A stretch of DNA of 63,981 nucleotides, counting the filler, from Phoronis australis (Eukaryota > Animalia > Phoronida), in assembly GCA_002633005.1 (NCBI GenBank). It is 4 parts of 4 records of this genome, joined end to end, with 100 filler letters (N's around TTAATTAATTAA, not from the genome) between each part and the next. Parts side by side here need not be neighbours in the genome. Positions count along the whole stretch, not along the records: positions 53,348 to 62,618 come from NMRA01001211.1; positions 62,719 to 63,981 come from NMRA01000517.1; 2 more parts are not named here. One strand, 5' to 3'. Below are positions 54,193 through 63,981 of the stretch, one piece after another. The notes below the pieces were generated by a model. That model searched no databases and was not told the origin of the DNA. It saw only the letters and a program-made list of their open reading frames with translations. Made by a program: the position numbers and the translations under genes. How positions within the stretch are numbered: the stretch's first letter is position 1; each line of letters opens with the position of its first letter.

Positions 54193-55674
54193 CGAATCCT
54201 TTCCGTGGAACCTAAACACCAAATTTTTATATCCGTGTATTGTGTTGTATTGCTCATGGTACGGGTTCAGACTCTGTTGTATTAAGATTCTAATCCCCAA
54301 CCCAATCTGTAGTTTGAGTAAAATTTCAAGACAATGCAGTTTTATGGATTTATTCTCCTTAAAATGAAGAGTAAAAATCAAATTCTGCAGAGGTTTTTTA
54401 AAAGTAATCACTTATTGGAAGATCACACATCTAAAAAATAAAACAATGTTTGACAATTGTATTCATTATCTTATTTGAAAATTGCCTACCTCACAGACAA
54501 CTCATCTAAGCTGAATATATTCCTTGTAAAAAAAATATAAAATACCAACCAGAGACTTGTGTACTACAGAATATGTTTTCATAATACAATGCAAAGATAA
54601 TTGTACAGTCAAAAGTGCAAATGTTATGACTCTAATAAAAAATTGCCTTCTAGATCTTTTCAACATTCTAATTGCTACAGGACAGAGTCAACCACACAAA
54701 GCCCATAAAGTCAGGGAATTACATTTAAGGTGATGTAGTCTCACTACGAAAAAGTGATTTCGCAATATCGCTGACAACACTGGAAATCTCTTCTTCACAA
54801 ACTTGAGGTAGCTGTATTTACCACATCAATGTTCTTATCAAAACTAACCACCACAAAATGAAAAATTGGCATGACGGTTCCAATTAGGCAGCATTTTACA
54901 ATGAAATGGTCATGAAAAAATACTTTTGCAACATGGTTTGCATTACAATTGCCCTACGATTACAGTTGTACATACATACTAGACCACTAACAAAATTACC
55001 CATGGGAACCATAAAATGGTCAATTCGCCAAAAAAACAAGGAGCCACCAGAGCTAATGTGCCAATACTTTTCAGTACTGCAACAAAAATCATTTGAAGTG
55101 GACATAAACTCGCCTAGAATCACATAAAACAACTTTTGATTTAGACATTTTACCATCACGAAATAGGTATTACTTCCAGGTCACTTTTGAGCAATTTCAG
55201 AACTTTGAAAGATCTGGCAATATGCAATTGCTAGAGACCAGACTAATAGTGTGTGATTTTATACACACAGCATGGTCTCAAGGAATAGCAAACTGTCAAT
55301 TCGCTATAATTCCAGAAATCACTTCCCATCTAGATAAGGAACAAACTGAGCAAATTTTATAGAGGTAAATGGTCTAAATCAAAACTTATTACCTCCTGGA
55401 CAGAATATGGGTTTACAACCCAGGTAGAAAGATAAGTTAACAAAACCAGCCTAACTGCAACAGGGTCTCAAATTTCAGTAATATATACCCATTTACAAAC
55501 AAAAATCTATAATGTTAAATAAAATGCGGAAACATAAATTCAGATCAATTACGCATCTTCAAGGAAAAGGAATAGTACAGTGGTCAGAAATCATCTAAAT
55601 GTGATGGCGACACTGAGAAATCCTGTCAGACCAAAAAATCCAGTGGCTAAACAAAATGAACAATGTACCATTAC

Positions 55675-57142
55675 CATGTGGCCCAGGATCATAATCCGTG
55701 CCTGGACAAAAATTCAGTCTTAGACTAGGTAAATTTTAGATTTGTGCTGTTCACACAAGCAGTTCTGGTGCAAACAAAGCTTGCGACAACACACAAGCCT
55801 ACTTCCCTACACAGCTGTGCTGATACAATAATGCCCCCACTGGATTTAGCAGATCAGCCAGAGTATTTACAGGTCCAGCCACTGTACTGTTTCCTCCCTT
55901 TGAATTTTTACAATGCTACATCCTTGACAATCGCAGATTGCCTCTTTCTATGCATACTCCACTTCCTCTGTCCCAGTTTCCCCACATTTGCTGAAAGTGG
56001 CCTATCTCAACAAATTACTTTGGACCTGTTGTGGTATAAGCCAGTAATCTTTGGCAAATACTTTTTCCCCAACTCGTTCCTCAAGCTACAAATTCTCTTT
56101 GACATATCTTCTGGGAGTAGACTTTTTGGCCTCTCTCTAGCCCCCTCACTTAGTTGTCCAGAAGGGTACCTTCTTGCTGGTTGTGAACTTTTCCATACCC
56201 AACCTTTACTAATAATCGGCAAGTCTCCAACTTCAGCAGAAGCCACTTCTTCAGCATAAGCCTTTCCTGATTCCTAAAATTGTATTAATGAAAAATTAAA
56301 CATATTAAATTTAATGTGGCCATTTTGGCTCACAAAATATGAATACCAAGCTAAAGTGAAGGCACCAATATTTTTTACGGCTTTAGCATGTTTAATTAAC
56401 TTCATAATTGCAGAAAATCATTGGTAGACAAAACATACTCCCTAGTCTCTAAAAGTAGTTCATGGGCAGAAGTCATGTTTCACATTTGGTGGTTGTTATG
56501 AAAAGTTATGATGACTACCTATTTTCTATGCCAATGTATACATGTAGTTGCATAAACATCAACACATTTGAATAAGATATGATTAAGCAATAAGGCCCAA
56601 GTTATAAGCAATCACGGTGTGTCAATAAAAGTATTTTTGCATGAATGACGTGCTTCTAAAAATATTCCTCAGGGTCAGACCCTGGAGTTTAGTGATTCCT
56701 ACCTGAGCTCACACGAAGCAGGACGTTGAACCTTGACTTAACGTCTTTGGTCATTTTTCAGACCTCTATCAGACTCTATCAGATTTCTCCTCTAGTGTGC
56801 AGTGGATGTTCTCAGTGTCTTTGGCGACAGCAATATATCTCGAGTGTTGTAACGATGATTCGGGCAAGTGAATCTAATAAGGTAGATTATGTAGCTCCTG
56901 CTCCACACCTGCCTCCGAGGCAGACACTGAGACAGACTACTTCTCAGGAGGACACGTTCCACCTCCACATCAGCTCCACGTACTCTTATAAGGTGCTCAA
57001 ATGTCTCGCTCTATACCTTGTGCATTTCCCAAGAGTTTCCAAAGTTGTTTCTCTCCGCAATTTGTAGAAATACCACATTCGATGCGACTGGCAGTGCCAG
57101 ATAAATAGATAAATTCGCAAACCCGCACTTTAGGTCAGCCAT
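55675..57142 (-). pseudogene. Decayed two-exon coding relic, possibly transposon-derived
   Basis: ATG at 57142 (MADLKCGF), Cys/His-rich fragments (TCPNHR), GT donor at 56702. Second segment 56273-55675 bounded by ttttag and gtaat. Multiple stops and frameshifts. Confidence 0.35.
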
Positions 57143-57727
57143 CATTCAACTAACGCATTGTAAGCTTTAGTTTGGTATTCAGACGAGTTGGATGAACAAA
57201 TTTAGTATAATTTCATATTTTAGTGGGAAATGCTAGTGTCTTTAAAATTAATTAAAAACATTTAAGCAAACCAATTCTTTTAATTGTTGTATTATACCAC
57301 GGCATATTAATGCGTAGAAACGGCGCACAACTAGTGACTGGTTTAACATGACAAATACACATACGCGGTCTGAAAATAGTGAAATTCAGACACCTATTAC
57401 CAAGCCTGCCTGAAGGGCTGACAAAGTTTTTATTGTATTAATTTCAAGGGCATGGAGTCTTCTACATGTCCATGTTATTATTTTTAGTTTTCTCGCGGGG
57501 GCAGCTTCGCTATAAGGGTACAACTTACTGCTGGTTTTTCACAAGAAGGAAATGTACCTCCACGGAAACAGTTCCAGTGTTACCATGGTAACAGATATTG
57601 CAGTGTCGGTGCCGTTTTTACTGACATTGGTCATGAACCTATCATGTGATATCAAAATTGTTCAGAAACGATTCTGTTTGAAGCAGAAACTGGAGTAGAA
57701 AATTTGGTCAAAAATGACTCATTCCAC

Positions 57728-57925
57728 ACCAAGAAATTGACTCATTTTGCCCCCAAGAACACTTCCCTTGTATCTCCTAAACCACCAAACTTTGTGGTGT
57801 CATACTTCACCCAATTCCTCTCATCCCTAATGTGATTTATCAGACTAAACATGGATCTGAATGGCTGACCCCCCACCTTGCCGCTTGTTGGCTGTACAAT
57901 GGTCGGTGGATCCGTGGACTGATAC
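57728..57925 (-). mobile_element. Second copy of the left end of the TTAA-inserted element
   Basis: Reverse complement of 22302-22499 with few differences. Ends gtggactgatac|ttac. Probably extends further left. Confidence 0.75.
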
Positions 57926-58952
57926 TTACATCCTAAACAGTTGGATTGAACGTCATCCTTTCGAAATGTTATGTCGTATATTTTGGCAACTGAGAACTAT
58001 AATGTGTTTCGAAAATCACTCATCTTCTTCTGTAATATTTCGGGTTAAAACGCTTCAAGTGAGGAAGACCCAAACTGATAGAGTTGGCTGAGCCTTAGTC
58101 AGCAGATAACTGTCTATTAACACCATTCTCAGGGAAGGGCTTGCATTTAAACGGGATTTCTTTTTACCATTGCGGTCAAACAATTCATGTGTACAAAGTC
58201 TCCATACAATTGGTTTCAAACGAGAAATGTCGGCTAAACAGCACATGATATAAAACCGAGATTTTTTGTGGTAACGCTCTCAAAATTGGTGAATTGGTTG
58301 GAACTTTCTTTACTTGTCAATGCCTTGAACTGTCTGTTTAGGATTGAAAACATTTCCGACCCTCGGAGGGCATAGCAAAATTTGAATGTATTTTTGTAAT
58401 TGATAACATCCATTGTAATTTGCCTTTAGGCAGTGGTGAACTCCAGTAAACAATGTTTCGGATTTTCCGGGGACCCCGACTAAAATGCAAGGACACACGC
58501 TGATCAAAGATCGTGATTCGTTTCGATGTATAACATAAAAAATTCGAATTAGTTTGAATATTCTAGTGCTCAAATGTGCTAAACTCGGCCCCAGGTTCTT
58601 AAAAGAGAGTTCAAATATGGTTCCAATGAGACCATTAGTCACTTTGATCTTGTAGGAAAGCCAAGAAGTGTTGAAATGAACTATGCTCTGTTTTTAACAA
58701 AGCCTTTTTGTTTGACACTCACTGACACACCATTTTTGGGAAACCTACAAACCGTAGAAATATTTCATCGTAGCTTCAAAAGTAGGCCAATGTGTTCAGT
58801 GGGTCTGTTCTCAGAAATTTCCGGCAGCAGTTATACTGTTCCTCTATTTTATGTCAACAATGACAGCAGTTATGTGGTGTAAAAGCCGAAGAAGATCGTC
58901 GCGCCTTAGAAGGAAAGTGCTGGTCAAGTTATTAAGAGACTGCTAAGTGAGG

Positions 58953-59083
58953 AGCTGTTGTTGTTGTTGCTGCTGCTGCAGGTTTGGCTGGTGCTGCTGC
59001 TGCTGCTTCTGCTGCTTCTGCTTCTGCTGCTGCTGCTGCTTCTGCTGCTGGTACTGCTGCTTCAGGTCCGGATGGTGCTGCTA
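58953..59083. repeat. (GCT)n-type trinucleotide low-complexity tract
   Basis: gctgttgttgttg...gctgctgctgcttctgctgct. Confidence 0.8.
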
Positions 59084-59596
59084 ATGCAACATTCAAAAAT
59101 CTTGCGTTTTCACACCTTTTCCTTCAGTTGTTAATTTGCTGGCACCACGATTTGCTGCATTGAGACAGTATTTAGTGTAGGCCGAGTTGACATTCACGAT
59201 CTAAAAGATAGTGGCCACAATGTGAATAAATGTTGTTTGTTAGATGACTGAACTGTTGTCAAATAGGAATGGGTTGGGCCCTAAATGTTTGTTTTAGAAA
59301 TTTTCGATTGTTTAGACCACCACACTATCAAAATGTTCAGTATCATCAAATGCCAACTAACAAACTTTAACGCCCACATATGCACCCGAGCAGTCAATAA
59401 TCTTTGGTCGTTTATGTTAAGTTGGTCAAGGCCACAAAATGTAAGTACGCATATATGCTTTGAGAAATTTGTACACTCTTGCCAGTTCTTCACAAATGAC
59501 AGCCTCGGTACCGTTCTTGTGTTTCAAAGCCGTCATTATTTGCGGTGTGGTTGGGGACTTAAAAAAAGGTAATATCTATAGAAAAACTAAATTCAC

Positions 59597-60300
59597 GTGG
59601 TCTTGTCCCATTCTCTTTACATGAAGCCGTTTCTACTGTCACGACTTCGCTCAGTGCCGTGGTTTTATCGCCGATGTTCGAAATGGAATTTTGAGTGGGG
59701 TTGTAATGTAATTATATATTATAAGAATGTAAAGTCACGTCACCTTGTCATGAAAAACAACTTCAGTCGTGAAAGATTACGACCAGTGACCAGATGCAAT
59801 GTTGTTCACCAATTCACTTGTCATGTGGACGAATGTATTCGTCCCCATTCTTGTGATAACCGTTTCATTGGACACATAGTACGTTCACTTTCCCGACAGT
59901 TGTCCTTCCACTGGCAGGGCGAGTCCATTCAATGTCATTTTTTACACCAACATGGCCGAAGAATAACTGAGCAAGAAATAGTAGGCAATACCATGTATTC
60001 GCAGTATTCATATTGACCCATTTCGGTTAGAGATTTTGGAATCTCTATTGATCAGCCACGAAAAAACTGTACTGAACGAGCAGCTCACAGGAGTGTACCG
60101 CATGATGGCTCTGCTTCGTTAGGCTTCTGGGATTCCTACCGAGTGATACATTCACACCTGTATGCCTCTGTACCTGTTGTCACCGTGTATTTCAATGTTT
60201 ACTTCGATTCATATACATGTGTGTTCATTTCACTAATTGCCTGATGATGAGACATGTGGTCAAGAACTAGCTTGTGTTTTAAATTGTTTGTCTGTCGTGT
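59597..60300 (+). mobile_element. Penelope-like retroelement relic (RT thumb fragment, GIY-YIG endonuclease, 3' end)
   Basis: NVVHQFTC..C..RFIGHIVRSLSRQLSFH..SIQCH..H, then after a frameshift RLEILESLLI..LNEQ, matching the PLE GIY-YIG pattern. Decayed ctgatgatg..tcaagaac motif at 60241. Confidence 0.7.
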
Positions 60301-60489
60301 CTTTCGGTGTTCTGCTACATAGCTGCACGTCTCAAGAAAGGATAGTGTTTAGACCCTACGAGCGAGTCTGTATTAAGCTGTCGTATTTTCAACGAAGTTT
60401 GTGTTGATGAAGGGCTGCTACCGAACTATACTGTCCTGAACAGGTGTCGCTGGTATTGTTAGTCGCTGGTGGTGACATGTTTTTCTTAC

Positions 60490-61197
60490 CATTAACAGAG
60501 CTAAGTCAGAAGCCAGAGTGGTGCAGACAATTGAACTTACGGCGATGACTGCAGCTAGTTCACCCCCATCCAAATCCCCGGAACTACAAATTCCATCGTC
60601 TGCAGTTGTTTTGTTCGTAACCACGTTTTTATCGCCAATTTTGCGTGTTACTCTTGGTGCTGATGCTGATCGTGTAGTTGTTTTTTCTCTACTTGTTGAT
60701 GCCATTGTGGTCACACGCGCCGATGTTTGACCTGTTATATCTGACGTAGTTGTCCGATCCCTTTTTGTAGTGTTCCTAATATTGTGGTTGTTGTAGATTT
60801 TGCTGCTATTGCCGTTGTTGCTGGTATTGTTGCTGCTGTTGTTGCTATCACATGGGCTGGTGTTTAATCTATTTTGCTTGAAATCGTTCTTGTCCATGCG
60901 CTTTGTGCGACTGTCTCTGGTCGTCATGATGTGATCTTCTGGCTTTTCACTGAATCTGCAGTAGCTGTTGACTTCAGTGTTTCAGAAGGTGTTTCGACAG
61001 TTGTTCATGACACGATCTCTTGCAAACCGGATGTTGTGGGATGTGTTGTTGTTGGCATCGTCGAGGTTGTTGGTGGCGGAGGAAGTGCTGTAGGCACCAG
61101 CAAAGTGGTGCTACTCAGTTCGACAGGTGTTGTGCGAGTTGGGTTGGTGGTGGGTGTTGCACCTTTGTTTTATTCTGTTGTTCTGAAGTTGCTACTG
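60490..61197 (-). pseudogene. Mucin-like Thr/Pro/Ser-rich stalk plus transmembrane-like segment; disrupted exon
   Basis: PTTNPTRTTP..PPPPTTSTMPTTTHPTT, then LDGGELAAVIAVSSIVCTTLASDLALLM|gtaag. In-frame stops and a frameshift. Confidence 0.55.
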
Positions 61198-61411
61198 CTT
61201 AATGAAGAAAAATGAAGTGTATGAGAAATTGTAACAAACAATTTGTATAAAGTTTGCGATTACAGTTGATGAGAACATACCCAAAACGTAGATGAAATAG
61301 TATCCCGCAAGACATTATTTTGCGTATCTACCGCGGATACCGAAGGTCGAAGTCGATACGCAGAGTATTGTCAAATGTGATAATATTTCATCTACGTCAC
61401 TCAAGATACCT

Positions 61412-62144
61412 GGGCCCGGTTGCATAAAACTTGCTATCCGGCGTATAAGGCCTTATACGCCGGATAAGTCCTTATCCGGCGTATAACTTTTTATACGCCG
61501 GATAAGTTGGGTTGCATAAAAATCGTATAGAGTTATCCGCCGTATAACTCACACTATCCGCCGTATAAAGTTACCCGACCATCAGACCTCGGATAACTCA
61601 ATCAAAATGAATGCACTGTATAGATTTAGACCAAGGCTGAGGCAATTTGAAAGAGAAGTTACTGATCCCCTCAACAAGTACACGGATGAAGAGCTGAGAG
61701 GGAAGTTTCGCTTTGGGCGAGAAGCCATCCGTTTTATTTGTGGGCTAGTAGACGAAGATGTTAAGCCTGCCACAAGAAGAAATTTCTCAGTGTCAACCCT
61801 GATTCAAGTGTTGGTATGCCTGAGGTACCTCGCAACTGGCAGCTTCATGAACGTTGTCGGTGACACGTTCCACAGTCTGCACAAGTCAACTGTTAGTCGA
61901 ATTGTGTCACGCGTCACCTCTGCAATTGTTCAACATTTAAACAGATTTGTAACATTTCCCACAACCCCACAGAGGCTCAACGAGATAAAGGCCGGTTTCT
62001 ACAGAATGGCTCGATTTCCCGGGGTAATAGGTTGTGTTGATGGAACACATGTCAAGATAATTGCACCAACCGAGAACGAGCCCGACTTCGTGAACAGGAA
62101 GAACGACCACAGTCTCAACGTCATGTTGATCTGCGATGAAAAAG
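61412..62144 (+). mobile_element. PIF/Harbinger transposon: left end and 5' part of a HARBI1-family DDE transposase (ORF from 61607)
   Basis: Terminus gggcccggttgcataaaa and subterminal palindromes. Protein motifs FRFGR, LRYLATGSF, HKSTVSRIV, FPGVIGCVDGTHV, FVNRK..HSLNVMLICD. Homology stops at AAAG|gtattg (probable intron). Confidence 0.9.
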
Positions 62145-62618
62145 GTATTGACAAACTTACGCAACTTTATCAGCTACTTCTTATCAGGGAATTGGCTTTG
62201 GGTTTGACAAATCTCAACGAGTCTTGCATTGCTATCGAACTTGACCCATTCTTCCGGTACAAGACGCTGACCTATTATTAACAGATAAGGGGTTCTCGAT
62301 GGGCACTGAACGCGCACTTGCTATGTATGTAATTGCCAACTTTTCAATTCACAGTTTGCAATCGCATATCTATTTAGATACCGTTGTGTTACTTACGTTA
62401 AACTCATCAATATTGCTGACATGTAAATTTTCCCTCTTTTTAATTATTGTAAGTTAAACCACAACTGCCTGGAACAAATTTATTGCTAACCTCTCCTCGG
62501 GGGCACTCCCATTTAGTCCCGTCAAACACACGACGTAAACACAAGGTTATATTTACAACATTGCATGTGTGTTTGCAGGCCGGGTGTCGATATAGGTCTA
62601 TGCAGGACATACGCGGTG

Positions 62619-62718
62619 NNNNNNNNNNNNNNNNNNNNNNNNNNNNNNNNNNNNNNNNNNNNTTAATTAATTAANNNNNNNNNNNNNNNNNNNNNNNNNN
62701 NNNNNNNNNNNNNNNNNN
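62619..62718. other. Artificial contig spacer
   Basis: N44-TTAATTAATTAA-N44. Confidence 0.95.
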
Positions 62719-63981
62719 ACCGCTGCGATTCAGGAGTTTAGTGCTGCTGCAACTAGATTTTTATGTTCTGCCAACATAGTTTAAGCGGAGCGACTATATG
62801 CGTAATTTCCACATCACTCTTGGTGATTGAGACCATAGATGAATTAAAAAGTTAATTATTGACCAGCAAATGATGTTATCCAAAGCTGTTTGCTAATTAT
62901 ATTTAAGCAAATATTTAGTATTAATGACAATCATATGTATTTTTACTTGATGTACTGAAAACTAACATCCCCAAACTTACTCACCAGCCGGAGCATCGAA
63001 ATCAGTACATCTAAGTGTATAGTATATTCTCTATTGAAATATGTACTGCTTTAAAAACTCATTTCTTCCCATTTATTCCAAAATCAGGTGTTTTCTGGTG
63101 TATCAAAACAAACAAATCCCTGCAAAATCTGTACTTATGTCGAAGTTGATATCAGAATTTTTTTAGATTTGCACTGCTTGCTTACGAGCTTTCCGTTTTG
63201 TGACGAAACTTGCACAAAAAAGTGAAGTGAATCGTAACCCAAATAACAAACCTGTACGACTGAATTACGCATCCAACCTTTACCCAAAATACAAAATTTC
63301 CCACTCAAAACCGAATGGAAATGTACCCAACCGAGCCGTTGTGGCATTAATTATGACCCCGTGAAAAATGACTTCGGTTAGTTTTTTGACAGATTCTAAA
63401 TTTAATGTGAAGAATTTTCAGCCAGCAAAAAAGTGACCCCACGTCCGTGAAAACCTGTCCCGTCATTATTCAACGGTTCCCCCGCAACAGGGGGTTGGCA
63501 TGAGTAGGCAGCGTACGTGCGAGAAGAATTTATTTTAAATTTCTAGGCTCTGAGGGTCGCGCAGTACATATATCAGATTAAGGGCGGAGGTGGGTAGGAA
63601 TGGTCCGAAATAATGTGTGTGAGCGAGATTGATCTATGTGAGGACACAATTACACGGTGTGGGGATACTACAAAACGCCAACAAGTGCCTGCTGCTTGTC
63701 CGAGGGGACTTCAGATCCGTGAGTGAGGAATACCGTGCGTGAGAGAAGAGTATTTGTACGTTGGCAACTCCGAGCCATGCAGAGGAAAGGAACCGAGTCT
63801 CTGTTCTTTGTTTTTACATTGCGGCGTTCTCCCATTGAGCCTAACTAAAGTTGAGCGGATGACCGCTGTCGCCAATATCTTATAATACGCTGACGACTGA
63901 TAAAGTCCATTCTGGCAATTATTAGGTGTGGAGGGTCAGCTCTCGGATTGTTCGATAATTGCACTTATCTCCGATAAGATC

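Noticed and set aside
58055-58882. Coding relic on the minus strand
   Set aside because: Short ORFs with no motif I can recognise.
60235-60275. Functional hammerhead ribozyme in the Penelope relic
   Set aside because: CTGATGA is present but the GAAA and cleavage triplet are degenerate.
62719-63981. Gene or LTR in the last contig
   Set aside because: No recognisable coding motifs or paired termini within the window.

Overview
AT-rich, intron-containing animal (probably invertebrate) genomic DNA. It is made of four contigs joined by artificial 100-bp N44-TTAATTAATTAA-N44 spacers (23841-23940, 53248-53347, 62619-62718), so adjacency across the spacers is not evidence of linkage. Contig 1 (1-23840) is a tandem array of partial RanBP2/Nup358 cassettes (Pro/acidic exons, a Ran-binding domain, two RanBP2-type zinc-finger exons) in different states of decay. 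It is interleaved with a nested set of mobile elements (inverted-repeat element > Ty3/Gypsy > TTAA-inserted element) whose pieces appear mis-ordered. Contig 2 holds a multi-exon single-pass receptor guanylyl cyclase on + (about 26653-43627) and, tail-to-tail, the 3' eight exons of RTCA on - (44103-50906). The most interesting signal is in the cyclase. Its reading frame is open, but it has lost the metal/triphosphate-binding half of the active site (FSDIVGF->FAEVYDF, VETIGDAY->[11 protein letters not shown]->KMG) while keeping the other half (E, C, N, R, KGKG). Its kinase-homology domain also appears to lack the ATP-binding Lys. This suggests a heterodimer partner or decoy receptor. Contig 3 holds decayed coding relics, a Penelope-like remnant, a mucin-like pseudo-exon and the 5' part of a PIF/Harbinger transposon. 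Contig 4 has nothing I can identify. All family assignments come from recognising motifs by eye; no searches were run.
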